Below, one piece after another: positions 15,431 to 64,000 of a stretch of 64,000 bases of DNA. The DNA lies in assembly GCA_964016885.1 (NCBI GenBank), contig OZ024749.1, positions 13,764,001 to 13,828,000 of the forward strand, given 5' to 3'. The stretch's first letter is position 1, and every line of letters begins with the position of its first letter. The stretch is from Eledone cirrhosa (Eukaryota). Under the pieces are notes generated by a model. It was not told the DNA's origin. It worked only from the letters and a program-made list of their open reading frames with translations, and made no database searches. The translations under genes and the position numbers were made by a program.

Positions 15431-15987
15431 AACACTGCTGTACTGACTGATATATCAAAAGCTGTTTCACTGGATTGTCTCAGATTGTCCCTATGTCATA
15501 TTTGACATTTCTTTCACATGTCAAATACTTCTAGAACCATCCTTTATATAGACACACACTGTCTGATTATCAGTGTGTGAATCAGTGTATCTGTGTGTGT
15601 GTGTGTGTGTGTGTGCGTGCGTGTGTGTATGTGTGTGTATATATATATATACGTATATGTATATATGTATGTATGTATGTATATATATCATCATCATCAC
15701 TTACCGTCCACTTTCCCTGCTAGCAAGGGTTGGACAGGCCTACATAGACCAAGTCAGTACTGAAAGAAGGCCAAGGAGTATTCACCCCACCAACGTATAT
15801 ACAACACCACCCCAATAATCATGATATACATACATACATGTATATATATGTATATATCTTATATATACACCCTTTCTCACTCTCCTCTATCTTTCTATTT
15901 CTTCTTTAATTTCTCATTCTATTTTCTGATGAAGGACTAACATCCAAAACGTTAACACTTTTCTGCCTATATTAAGCGTGATATATA

Positions 15988-17538
<1,551 letters not shown>

Positions 17539-17633
17539 TTTCACGCTTAATATAGGAGGAAAAGTATTATATATATATATAAGAGGCATTTATGAAAGCA
17601 TATGCAATACGTTTATGTGTAGTAAACATATAC

Positions 17634-17683
<50 letters not shown>

Positions 17684-17819
17684 GTTTAACGTCCATCTTT
17701 CATGCTAGCATCTGTAATATTTTCTATAGCAGATACTTATTGTTGTTTTAAGGTGAAGAAGTCGTAAGTAAGAGAGATAACATACAGAGACAGTGACCAG
17801 ACCAAACTAATCCATCACA

Positions 17820-52435
<34,616 letters not shown>

Positions 52436-52557
52436 TAGAGGGATCCCCAAATACACACTGGTATACTGTGTGAAGGATCAGGGCCCAGATGGCCAACAAT
52501 AACCCGAGGATTCTAACAGGAATCTTTTGTGTTCTTTCTGCTCACCACTAATTATTG

Positions 52558-52563
52558 AATAAA
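52558..52563 (+). promoter_or_regulatory. Candidate polyadenylation signal of the filamin-like gene
   Basis: AATAAA about 120 nt after the stop codon. Confidence 0.4.
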
Positions 52564-53779
52564 ATGAAAGAAACATTGACACTCAACATCCTGTTCCAGA
52601 TGAAGTTGCATGAGCAAGACATTTTTAAAAAGTACAAAACAGCACTATGACTGCATCACATTAAAATTTGAAGACTTTATTCTAATACTGCAAATTTTTA
52701 CAACAATCTGTCCACTCTAACCGATACTATAAACACTTGAATTAACAAACCTATTTTTAGATATTTTCGACTAAATCATTACAAAATGTTAATAGATGAA
52801 AAGAAATACCTGATTGGAAATATAAAATTTGCTGATATTTTACTTTTGATTTATTGATTTTTAAGTATATGGTGGTGGTGATGGTGATGGTGTTGGTGGT
52901 GGTGGTGGTGGGGAGTTTGAGGTAGAATGGCTGTGAGGGTTGGAAACTGGACAATATTATTATTACAATATTATTACAATATTATAGGGCGGTGGATTGG
53001 CAGTATTAGTAGAGAGTCGGACGCCATGCTTTGACACATAGAGTTACGGCCCTTGCCATTCTGAGTTCAAATCCCGCCAATCCTTACGGGGTCGATAAAA
53101 TAAAGTACCAGTAATGCACTGGGTAATTGCTGGCCTTGTGCCTAAAGTAAAAACAATTATTATTATTATTATAATCACTAATATTTTTAAAAAAAGCCAA
53201 TTCCTGGTTTCTCTTCTACCTGTAAAGTCCATAGTTTTTGTTTACCTTCCTAGATACTCAATGTAGTTACTATATATATTCAGCTATAAGTCCCCAAACA
53301 TACACCTACACACATACATATATACACACACATACATACACACACATATATATATACATGCTGTTAAAGTATGCATACATTTTTGGGGGACACCCTGTAT
53401 ATACATACACATATATATACAAACACACACACACACATATATATATACTTATATACAAACACATATACATATATACACATACAACCATAGACATGGATAC
53501 ACTCACACACCACACACACACACATATGTATATAGAGAGGGACAAACAGAGATTTATACACTCTCACCAGGTAAGTTGCATGTATTTATTCACCTGAAGT
53601 CTCAAACCAGTTTTATGGACAAAACAAATTTAGGGAAAAAAACATTAAAAAAGTAATAACATGTTTTGCTTAAAACAAGTTCTTAAAATATCAAATTTCC
53701 TTTCTCTCTTTGTAAATATGTAAATATGGATGAATGTATCTAACTGATAAGAAGGTAGCTTGGAAGTGACACTATGAGA

Positions 53780-54332
53780 GACTACTAAATGAGGAGAATA
53801 AATGGGAAAAAGATAGTCTGCCCCAAATCGATCCAATAGAGGGACAAGCGGTGCAAGTTAAAGGTAGTATAATAAGTAAGGCAATCAAAGATATGAAAAC
53901 AGGCAAGGCAGCTGGGCCTTGGAGATAGTTGCTGAGATGTTGAAAGCATCTGAAATAGTGGGACCCACTATGGTCACCCGGATAGTAAACCAAGTAATAC
54001 AGAATGGGGTCATACCAAATGACTGGTGTAGCAGCATCATCATTAACAGCTACAAGGGTAGTGGGATGAGAGGTAAGCTATCTAAGAACATAGATTTTAT
54101 ATGTGGCCGATGCTCAGGTGCAATAAGAAGCAAGTGCACACAGGATACTAACTCCTTCTATTGCCCAGATGGTTCTATAGAAATAGTGGACACTTTCTGT
54201 TACCTGGGTGACAAAATCAGCAGTGGTGGAGGGTGCTCTGAAAGTACAGTAGCCAAAGTCAGAATGGGATGGAAAAAGTTCAGCGAGCTTATACCGCTGT
54301 TGGCCACAAAAGGTTTCTCTCTAAAAATGAAG
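53780..54332 (+). mobile_element. RTE-type LINE fragment with internal deletion
   Basis: KAAGP...IPNDWCSSII..YKG fused directly to the post-RT FCYLG region. Confidence 0.85.
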
Positions 54333-54539
54333 GTCCCATTAAGGGTGAAAGCAGCGATTCTTTGTTAAAACTTTAATCTGTTATTTTAATAAATATTTGA
54401 TATATATTTATCCTTATCGACCCCTCTTTGGATTTTAGTCTTCATAATTATTATTATTACTATATACACACATATATACACACACACACACACATATATA
54501 TATATACACACACACACACATATATACACACACACACAA

Positions 54540-54591
<52 letters not shown>

Positions 54592-54597
54592 TATATA

Positions 54598-56535
<1,938 letters not shown>

Positions 56536-56655
56536 TATATACACATATACACACACATATATACATATGGTGTAATCAGTCTTTAGCCCTGTACTTTGTG
56601 AGTACCATTAGGTATTACTGATATATCCTGTTACCTGCACCCCTCATGTGCATAA

Positions 56656-56858
56656 GACATTACTGGTACAAACTGGTACAAATTTGATCTCCCTCCTCTT
56701 GTTTACAAAAGATATTACTGGTAAATCTTTCACCTCCCTCCCCCTGTGTACCAAAGATATTACTGGTATATCTTTCACCTTCCTCCCCCTGTGTACCAAA
56801 GATATTACTGGTATATCTTTCACCTCCCTCCCCCTGTTTACCAAAGGTATTACTGGAA
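56656..56858. repeat. 45-bp tandem repeat (about 4.5 copies)
   Basis: Unit aaagatattactggtatatctttcacctccctccccctgtgtacc. Confidence 0.9.
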
Positions 56859-57042
56859 TGTTTTAGTTTAGTTAATGAATCACAGTCCCATACAAAATAC
56901 ATGAAGCAAATTTGATTAAAATATTTCTTTTATTTTTAATTTTAACAATTTTTTTTAATGCAAAACTTAACACGTAATCTTAACAAGATTCAGTAAAACT
57001 GTAGAATATGGCATGGAAAGACTTCACCATTTCCAGAGACTC

Positions 57043-57261
57043 TCAGCATGAAGATTCTTCCTTGGTCACAGCAGTGATGCTATGAAGGTAACTATTAGCT
57101 TCAGAAAGAACAGTGTCCAAAGTGTTGGTGGAATTCTTCAATGTAACCAAATACAGTGGAGGGTCTCCAGGTTTTAATTCCTTGCTGCCTTTACCTTTGC
57201 CTCCACATACCTGAGCCAGGTGATGGCCAATATTAGCTGCATTTACTGACCTATTCCACTC
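57043..57261 (-). CDS. AlaRS-like gene, last exon ([26 protein letters not shown]...stop)
   Basis: Acceptor ttgcag; TGA; candidate AATAAA at 56934-56929. Confidence 0.8.
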   Translation of the reverse strand, partial: EWNRSVNAANIGHHLAQVCGGKGKGSKELKPGDPPLYLVTLKNSTNTLDTVLSEANSYLHSITAVTKEESSC

Positions 57262-60200
57262 CTGCAATAGAAACAATAACGAGAATTAGTACTCTTTCAA
57301 TAATATTCTATCCCTTGTGCCAACTTACAACTGTTGAACCATCCAAGACAGCGGTCACCAACTGGTGCTCCGTGGACCACTGGTGATCCGTGGACCACTG
57401 GTGCTCCGTGGACCACTGGTGCTCTGTGGACCACTGGTGCTCCGTGGACCACTGGTGATCCGTGGACCACTGGTGCTCCGTGGACCACTGGTGCTCCGTG
57501 GACCACTGGTGCTCCGTGGACCACTGGTGCTCCGTGGACCACTGGTGCTCCGTGGACCACTGGTGCTCCGTGGACCACTGGTGCTCCGTGGACCACTGGT
57601 GCTCCGTGGACCACTGGTGCTCCGTGGACCACTGGTGCTCCGTGGACCACTGGTGCTCCGTGGACCACTGGTGCTCCGTGGACCACTGGTGCTCCGTGGA
57701 CCACTGGTGCTCCGTGGACCACTGGTGCTCCGTGGACCACTGGTGCTCCGTGGACCACTGGTGCTCCGTGGACCACTGGTGCTCCGTGGACCACTGGTGC
57801 TCCGTGGACCACTGGTGCTCCGTGGACCACTGGTGCTCCGTGGACCACTGGTGCTCCGTGGACCACTGGTGCTCCGTGGACCACTGGTGCTCCGTGGACC
57901 ACTGGTGCTCCGTGGACCACTGGTGCTCCGTGGACCACTGGTGCTCCGAGAGAAAATTTTGGTGACCTGTAGAAAAATTTAAATGTATTTATCTTTTTAA
58001 AAAAATTTATATTAGTGGTCCGTGAGATTTAGAATTATGAATTAAGTGGTCCATGAGGTCCGAAAGGTTGGCGACTATTGGTCTAAGACACAAATGAAAG
58101 TCTAGCCTAGCCTCATCCCATCCTAATATCTGAAGGGTGGGGATCATGGACTTATGGACCAACACTTTCCATTATTTCCTGTCTCTTCCCATTGCCGTAC
58201 ATTCCACCAAAGTCCTTCCTGTCCATTGCCTTTTCTGTCGTCCTCTGGTCCTTTTCTCCTGTATTTGTCCCTCAGGGATGTGGGTAGTCAAAATTTTGGG
58301 CCCTGATGACATGACCAGATGTAAATACACTACACTAATTAAACTACAGTCATTAACTTGCAATCGAGTATGACTTGGTAGCATGTACAATGCTTTCACT
58401 AGGAGCTTTTGGTGCCCATGCAGATACAGACACATACACCCTCTTGATCTTCCTCCTTTGATGCAATGAAACATCCAGGATGTGATAGTTGGAGGGAGAG
58501 AGAGAGAGAGAGAGGGGGGGGGCTACAACAACACTGGACTGGTACTTTATTGACCTTCAAAAGCATGAGAGAGACACACACACCCTCTGGACACCTCCTC
58601 CCCACAGAACATCCACGATGTGACAGCTGCAAGGAGAAAGAAGGCTGTACCAATGCTAGGTTAGTTCTTTCTTTATTAACCCCACCACCCACCTCACCCA
58701 CCACCACCACCAAAAAAAAAAATGGACATTAAAGTGGGCCTTAGCAGACACAAACACTCTGTGGACACCCTGCAGAACTTCCAGGACGTAACATTAGAAG
58801 GAGAGAAGGTTACACCATCATTAGGCTGAAAATGTCTTTATCGACCACAGAAGAATGAAAGACAAAGTGGACCTCAACAGACACACACACCCTCCCTCAC
58901 GAATCTTGCTCCTTCCCTTGATCCTTCCCAGAACATCCAGCATGTGACAGTTAGAAGGAGAGAGGACTGCACCAGCACTGGCCTAGTCTTTACTTTATTG
59001 ACACTAAAAAGATGAAAGACAAAGTGGACCTCAACAGACACACACATCCTCTTGTCCTTTCCTTCCTTGATCCAGTAGAACATCTAGAAAACCTGCCAAA
59101 CAAAGGTTCAGAAGAGCTCTTCAGCTGTGTCAAAGACACAACAATCTCCCTAGTGTTGGTGCTATGATAAAAGGTACTTGGTACATGTGATGCAGGCCTC
59201 TGACACACCTGAGAACTCGGTAGAGTGTGGAAATATATCTAAACGACATGGAGGGAGGCCTCTGGCCCATCTGAGAAGCCAGTGACATCATTTGACTACT
59301 GACTCGGTCAGTTCATGCCCATGGTAGTAGAGTAAAGTGTTGTTAAATGATGATGATGATCCTCATCATCATCACCGTTTTACGTCCGTTCTTCCACACT
59401 AGCATGGGTTAGACGGGTTGTCCTGTTGTGGGCAGTGTCCAGTCGGCTGACCATGTCTTGCCCATACGGGAACTGACACATGATGATATGATGATGATGA
59501 TAAAACACCTGAGACATTCAGCAGGACAGGTATGTCAGGTGGATGTGTCAGGTAGACATATGAATCAGGTAGATAAGTAGACAGGTATGTCAGGTAGAGA
59601 GGTGTACCAGAAAGACAGGTATGTCATGTAGATAGGGGTGATAGGTAGACAGGTAGACAGTTCTGTCAGGTATAAATGTACGTCAGGTAGACTGGTGCAC
59701 CAGGCAGACAGAGATACAGCAAAATTAGTTAATATAGTGAATACATACCTTGGGTGTAGCCACGGCAACAAGTAAGTTCTTTCTGTGATGAGAAACAGCA
59801 ATAATTGGACAGGTGAGATGGAGTTGTCGTAAAGCTTTTCTCACCTGTAGAGAGACAAAGTTTAATGTTGACATTTTTATAAAGCTCAACCAGTTTCTAT
59901 GACTTGAAGCTGAAGACAGACCAGTCTTTCTCTAAGATAGACCACAATTGTTAAATATAGACCACCAGGCTATCACAATTGTTAAATATAGACCACCAGG
60001 CTATCACAGATGTTAAATATAGACCACCAGGCTATCACAGATGTTGAAGATGGACCACCAGGCTATCACAGATGTTAAATATAGACCACCAGGCTATCAC
60101 AGATGTTAAATATAGACCACCAGGCTATCACAGATGTTGAAGATGGACCACCAGGCTATCACAGTTGTTGAAGATGGATCCTCAGACTATCACTATAACT

Positions 60201-63200
60201 AAAGACAGACCACCAGATTATCCTTATTGCTAAATATAGGCCACAAAACTATCACAGATGATAAAAATAGACCACAAGACTATCACACTAAACTACTACA
60301 GTAACCAAAGATAGACCATCAGGTTATCACAGTTGTTGAAGATAGACCAGGACGCTATTGCAACTGCTAAACAGACCATCAGACTATTACAGTAACTAAA
60401 GATAGACCACCAAGCTTCCACAGTTGCTAAAGAACACCAATCCCACTCCTTGATAGACCACTAAACTACCACTAAAGATAGACCACAATTCTCCCTCCTT
60501 AATAGACCACTGAAGATCTGGTATCTATTTGTTTAAAGTGGAATAATTCAATAGTTTCACCCCAAGAGACATAATAAATTGGCATTGGATTTGATTTCTG
60601 AACTCTCTTATTCAGAGATATACAACACATGCAACAGTATGCATGGTCTCGTAACTCCTGGTAGAGTCATAGAGGTGCCATAGTGACATACACTATTTCT
60701 AGGGCATTTTAAACCCTGGCAAAACCCATCTCCTCTCCAGGTCTGAGTACAGTAGATTTTCCAGAGAAGGACAGAGTGTGAGAAAGTGGAAGTGAGAAAG
60801 AGATATAGAGTAAGAACCGACCACAGTACTTGACTAGTACTATTTTTATCAACCATGAAAGGATGAAAGGCAAAGTTGACCTCAACGGGATTTGAACTGA
60901 GAGAGCAGAGAGCCGGAACAAACAGCACAAAGTATTCTACCTGACATTCTAATGACTCACCTTCATACAACAGTACAAACTGGGAAAAAGAACAAAACAA
61001 AAAAAGGTCTGCCAGTTAATTTACATCTGCCAGCCTAGGAGGAACTTTAAAGGGCTATGGGCAATGAACCTCCTCCACAGATTAATAGCTAAACCTTCCA
61101 GAATCTTGCGACCTCTGTATATTCAATCAACAATAACAAAGGTGGGAAAAGCTAAATCAATGTTCTCACCTGTCGAGGACCATCAAAGTCTGTGTGAAAT
61201 ATGACATACTGGGCTGATCCCTTCTCATCCAGGTTCTTCTTTATGATCTGAAGGAGAAATACAAAGGATTACCATGGGATATCTGTTATCACATACCACA
61301 CATTTGTGGTCATATATCACACATACATCTGCTATCACATATCCCATATCACACTCTTGTGATTGTACATCATAAATATATCTATTATCCCATATTACAC
61401 AGTAGTTATCATACATTACACAGTAGTTATCACACATTACACAGTAGTTATCATACATTACACAGTAGTTATCACACATTACACAGTAGTTATCCCATAT
61501 TACACAGTAGTTATCATACATTACACAGTAGTTATCACACATTACACAGTAGTTATCATACATTACACAGTAGTTATCATACATTACACAATAGTTATCA
61601 TACATTACACAGTAGTTATCATACATTACACAGTAGTTATCATACATTACACAGTAGTTATCATACATTACACAGTAGTTATCACACATTACACAGTAGT
61701 TATCATACATTACACAGTAGTTATCATACATTACACAGTAGTTATTATCATACATTACACAGTAGCTATCATACATTACACAGTAGTTATCATACATTAC
61801 ACAGTAGTTATCATACATTACACAGTAGTTATCATACATTACACAGTAGTTATTATCATACATTACACTAGTTATCATACATTACACAGTAGTTATTATC
61901 ATACATTATACAGGAGTTATCATACATTACACAGTAGTTATTATCATACATTACACAGTAGTTATCATACATTACACAGTAGTTATCATACATTACACAG
62001 TAGTTATCATACATTACACAGTAGTTATTATCATACATTACACAGTAGTTATCATACATTACACAGTAGTTATTATCATACATTACACAGGAGTTATCAT
62101 ACATTACACAGTAGTTATCATACATTACACTTAGTTATCATACATTACACAGTAGTTATCATACATTACACAGTAGTTATCATACATTACACAGTAGTTA
62201 TCATACATCACAAGTAGTTATCATACATTACACAGTAGTTATCATACATTACACAGTAGTTATCATACATCACACAGTAGTTATCATACATTACACAGTA
62301 GTTATCATATATCACACAGTAGTTATCACACATTACACAGTAGTTATCACACATTACACAGTAGTTATCATACATTACACAGTAGTTATCATACATTACA
62401 CAGTAGTTATCATACATTACACAGTAGTTATCACACATTACACAGTAGTTATCATACATTACACAGTAGTTATCATACATTACACAGTAGTTATTATCAT
62501 ACATTACACAGTAGCTATCATACATTACACAGTAGTTATCATACATTACACAGTAGTTATCATACATTACACAGTAGTTATCATACATTACACAGTAGTT
62601 ATTATCATACATTACACAGTAGTTATCATACATTACACAGTAGTTATTATCATACATTACACAGTAGTTATCATACATTACACAGTAGTTATCATACATT
62701 ACACAGTAGTTATCATACATTACACAGTAGTTATCATACATTACACAGTAGTTATCATATATCACAGTAGTTATCATACATTACACAGTAGTTATCATAC
62801 ATTACACAGTAGTTATCATACATTACACAGTAGTTATTATCATACATTACACAGTAGTTATCATACATTACACAGTAGTTATTATCATACATTACACAGG
62901 AGTTATCATACATTACACAGTACTTATCATACATTACACAGTAGTTATCATACATTACACAGTAGTTATCATACATCACACAGTAGTTATCATACATCAC
63001 ACAGTAGTTATCATATATCACACAGTAGTTACAATACATTACACAGTAGCTATCATACATCACACAGTAGTTATCATATATCACACAGTAGTTACAATAC
63101 ATTACACTGTAGTTATCATACATTACACTTAGTTATCATACATTACACAGTAGTTATCATACATTACACAGTAGTTATCATACATAACACAGTGGTTATC

Positions 63201-63702
63201 ACACATTACACAGTAGTTATCATACATTACACAGTAGTTATCATACATTACACAGTGGTTATCATACATTACACAGTTATTGTCACACATTATACATATA
63301 TCAGCTATCATATATAATACAGTAGGGGCCACACATTACACAGATATCTGCTATCACATATCCCATACAACATCGTGTGGCCACATCACACATATATCTA
63401 CTATCACATATTTCCCCTCGTTAGCAGGGGAAAATGAATGTAAAATGTTTGTGATGATGATAATGCCATGGTTAAAACTCCAACATTCATACAAATACCT
63501 CACTCTTCCCTTGAAGACGGACCCTCCTCATCACTCCCACCCCACCCCCTCTCTATACACGATAAGTCAAACATAAACAAACCGTAGCCAGACTGGAACT
63601 GTCTTCTGCATTCTTTACATGTCGTATCTTCTCATGTAATAAGATGACATCTGTCTTTAGTTTATCCCGGCCAACTTTAGGGAGGAGTTGTTTACCCAGT
63701 AT
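57043..63702 (-). CDS. AARS2: 3' end (last four coding exons) of a probable alanyl-tRNA synthetase, likely mitochondrial; gene continues beyond the window
   Basis: Four phase-0 exons join in frame: [16 protein letters not shown]...|[10 protein letters not shown]...YVIFHTD|VRKALRQL...IIAVS...LLVAVATPK|EWN...[12 protein letters not shown]...stop. Layout and GGKG motif resemble the C-Ala/DHHA1 domain (recognised from memory). Confidence 0.55.
57349..58080. mobile_element. hAT-type MITE containing an expanded 18-bp minisatellite
   Basis: TIRs cagcggtcaccaac/gttggcgactattg; degenerate 8-bp TSD atccaaga/gtctaaga. Confidence 0.6.
57357..57948. repeat. 18-bp minisatellite (about 33 near-identical copies)
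   Basis: Unit ccactggtgctccgtgga. Confidence 0.97.
59749..59844 (-). CDS. AlaRS-like gene exon ([32 protein letters not shown])
   Basis: ctacag/gtatgt on - strand; 96 nt. Confidence 0.8.
59938..60500. repeat. 31-bp minisatellite decaying rightwards
   Basis: Unit tagaccaccaggctatcacagatgttaaata. Confidence 0.9.
61170..61247 (-). CDS. AlaRS-like gene exon ([26 protein letters not shown])
   Basis: cttcag/gtgaga on - strand; 78 nt. Confidence 0.78.
61385..63290. repeat. 21-bp minisatellite, about 1.9 kb
   Basis: Unit atcatacattacacagtagtt. Confidence 0.97.
63583..63702 (-). CDS. AlaRS-like gene exon ([12 protein letters not shown]...SSLAT)
   Basis: cgccag/gtttgt on - strand; 120 nt. Confidence 0.75.
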
Positions 63703-64000
63703 CTGGCGAGGACGAAGAAAAACATCAACGTATATATCAATTTTATATAATGACAAACATAAAAAAATATAACAAAACAAAGCAAAATATTATATAACTT
63801 GTGTATTATACATACATGATCTGTTATATACACCTGATGTAGTGTATACTGTCGATTAAATAATTGTTTCTACTTTTGGCACAAGGCCACAATTACCCAG
63901 TACATTACAGGTACTTTATTTTATCGACCCCCGTAAGGATGAAAGGCAAAGTTTACCTCAGCGGGATTTGAACTCAGAATGGCAAGGGTCGTAACTCTAT

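Noticed and set aside
11028-15470. 1480-aa Val/Met ORF
   Set aside because: Alternative frame of a stop-free minisatellite.
57297-57982. WTTGAP, VHGAPV and similar repeat ORFs
   Set aside because: 18-bp array open in several frames, inside an intron and a MITE.
61225-63332. YCVMYDN and HTLHSSY repeat ORFs
   Set aside because: 21-bp intronic minisatellite.

Overview
Eukaryotic, AT-rich, repeat-saturated animal DNA. The (TA)n/(GA)n/(CAT)n microsatellites, CORE- and Meta-type tRNA SINEs, RTE LINEs and Penelope-like elements suggest an octopus or other cephalopod (inference). I assembled two convergent spliced genes by hand. (1) A + strand filamin-family gene with 17 coding exons (17820-52435, about 954 aa, all splice phases consistent). 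It has Ig-like filamin repeats and a jitterbug-like C-terminus but no calponin-homology actin-binding domain. (2) The last four exons of a - strand gene resembling the C-terminus of alanyl-tRNA synthetase, probably mitochondrial AARS2 (63702-57043). The rest is RTE LINE fragments, GIY-YIG Penelope fragments, a decayed IR/DR Tc1 transposon, hAT and piggyBac MITEs, a Helitron, SINEs and many minisatellites. The long ORFs in the track are mostly repeat artefacts. The most notable signals are: about 10 Penelope-type minimal hammerhead ribozyme motifs from several families, many fold-back elements sitting in (TA)n tracts, insertions that carry copies of nearby flanking DNA, and an in-frame candidate cassette exon. 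All coordinates were read by eye and no searches were run.
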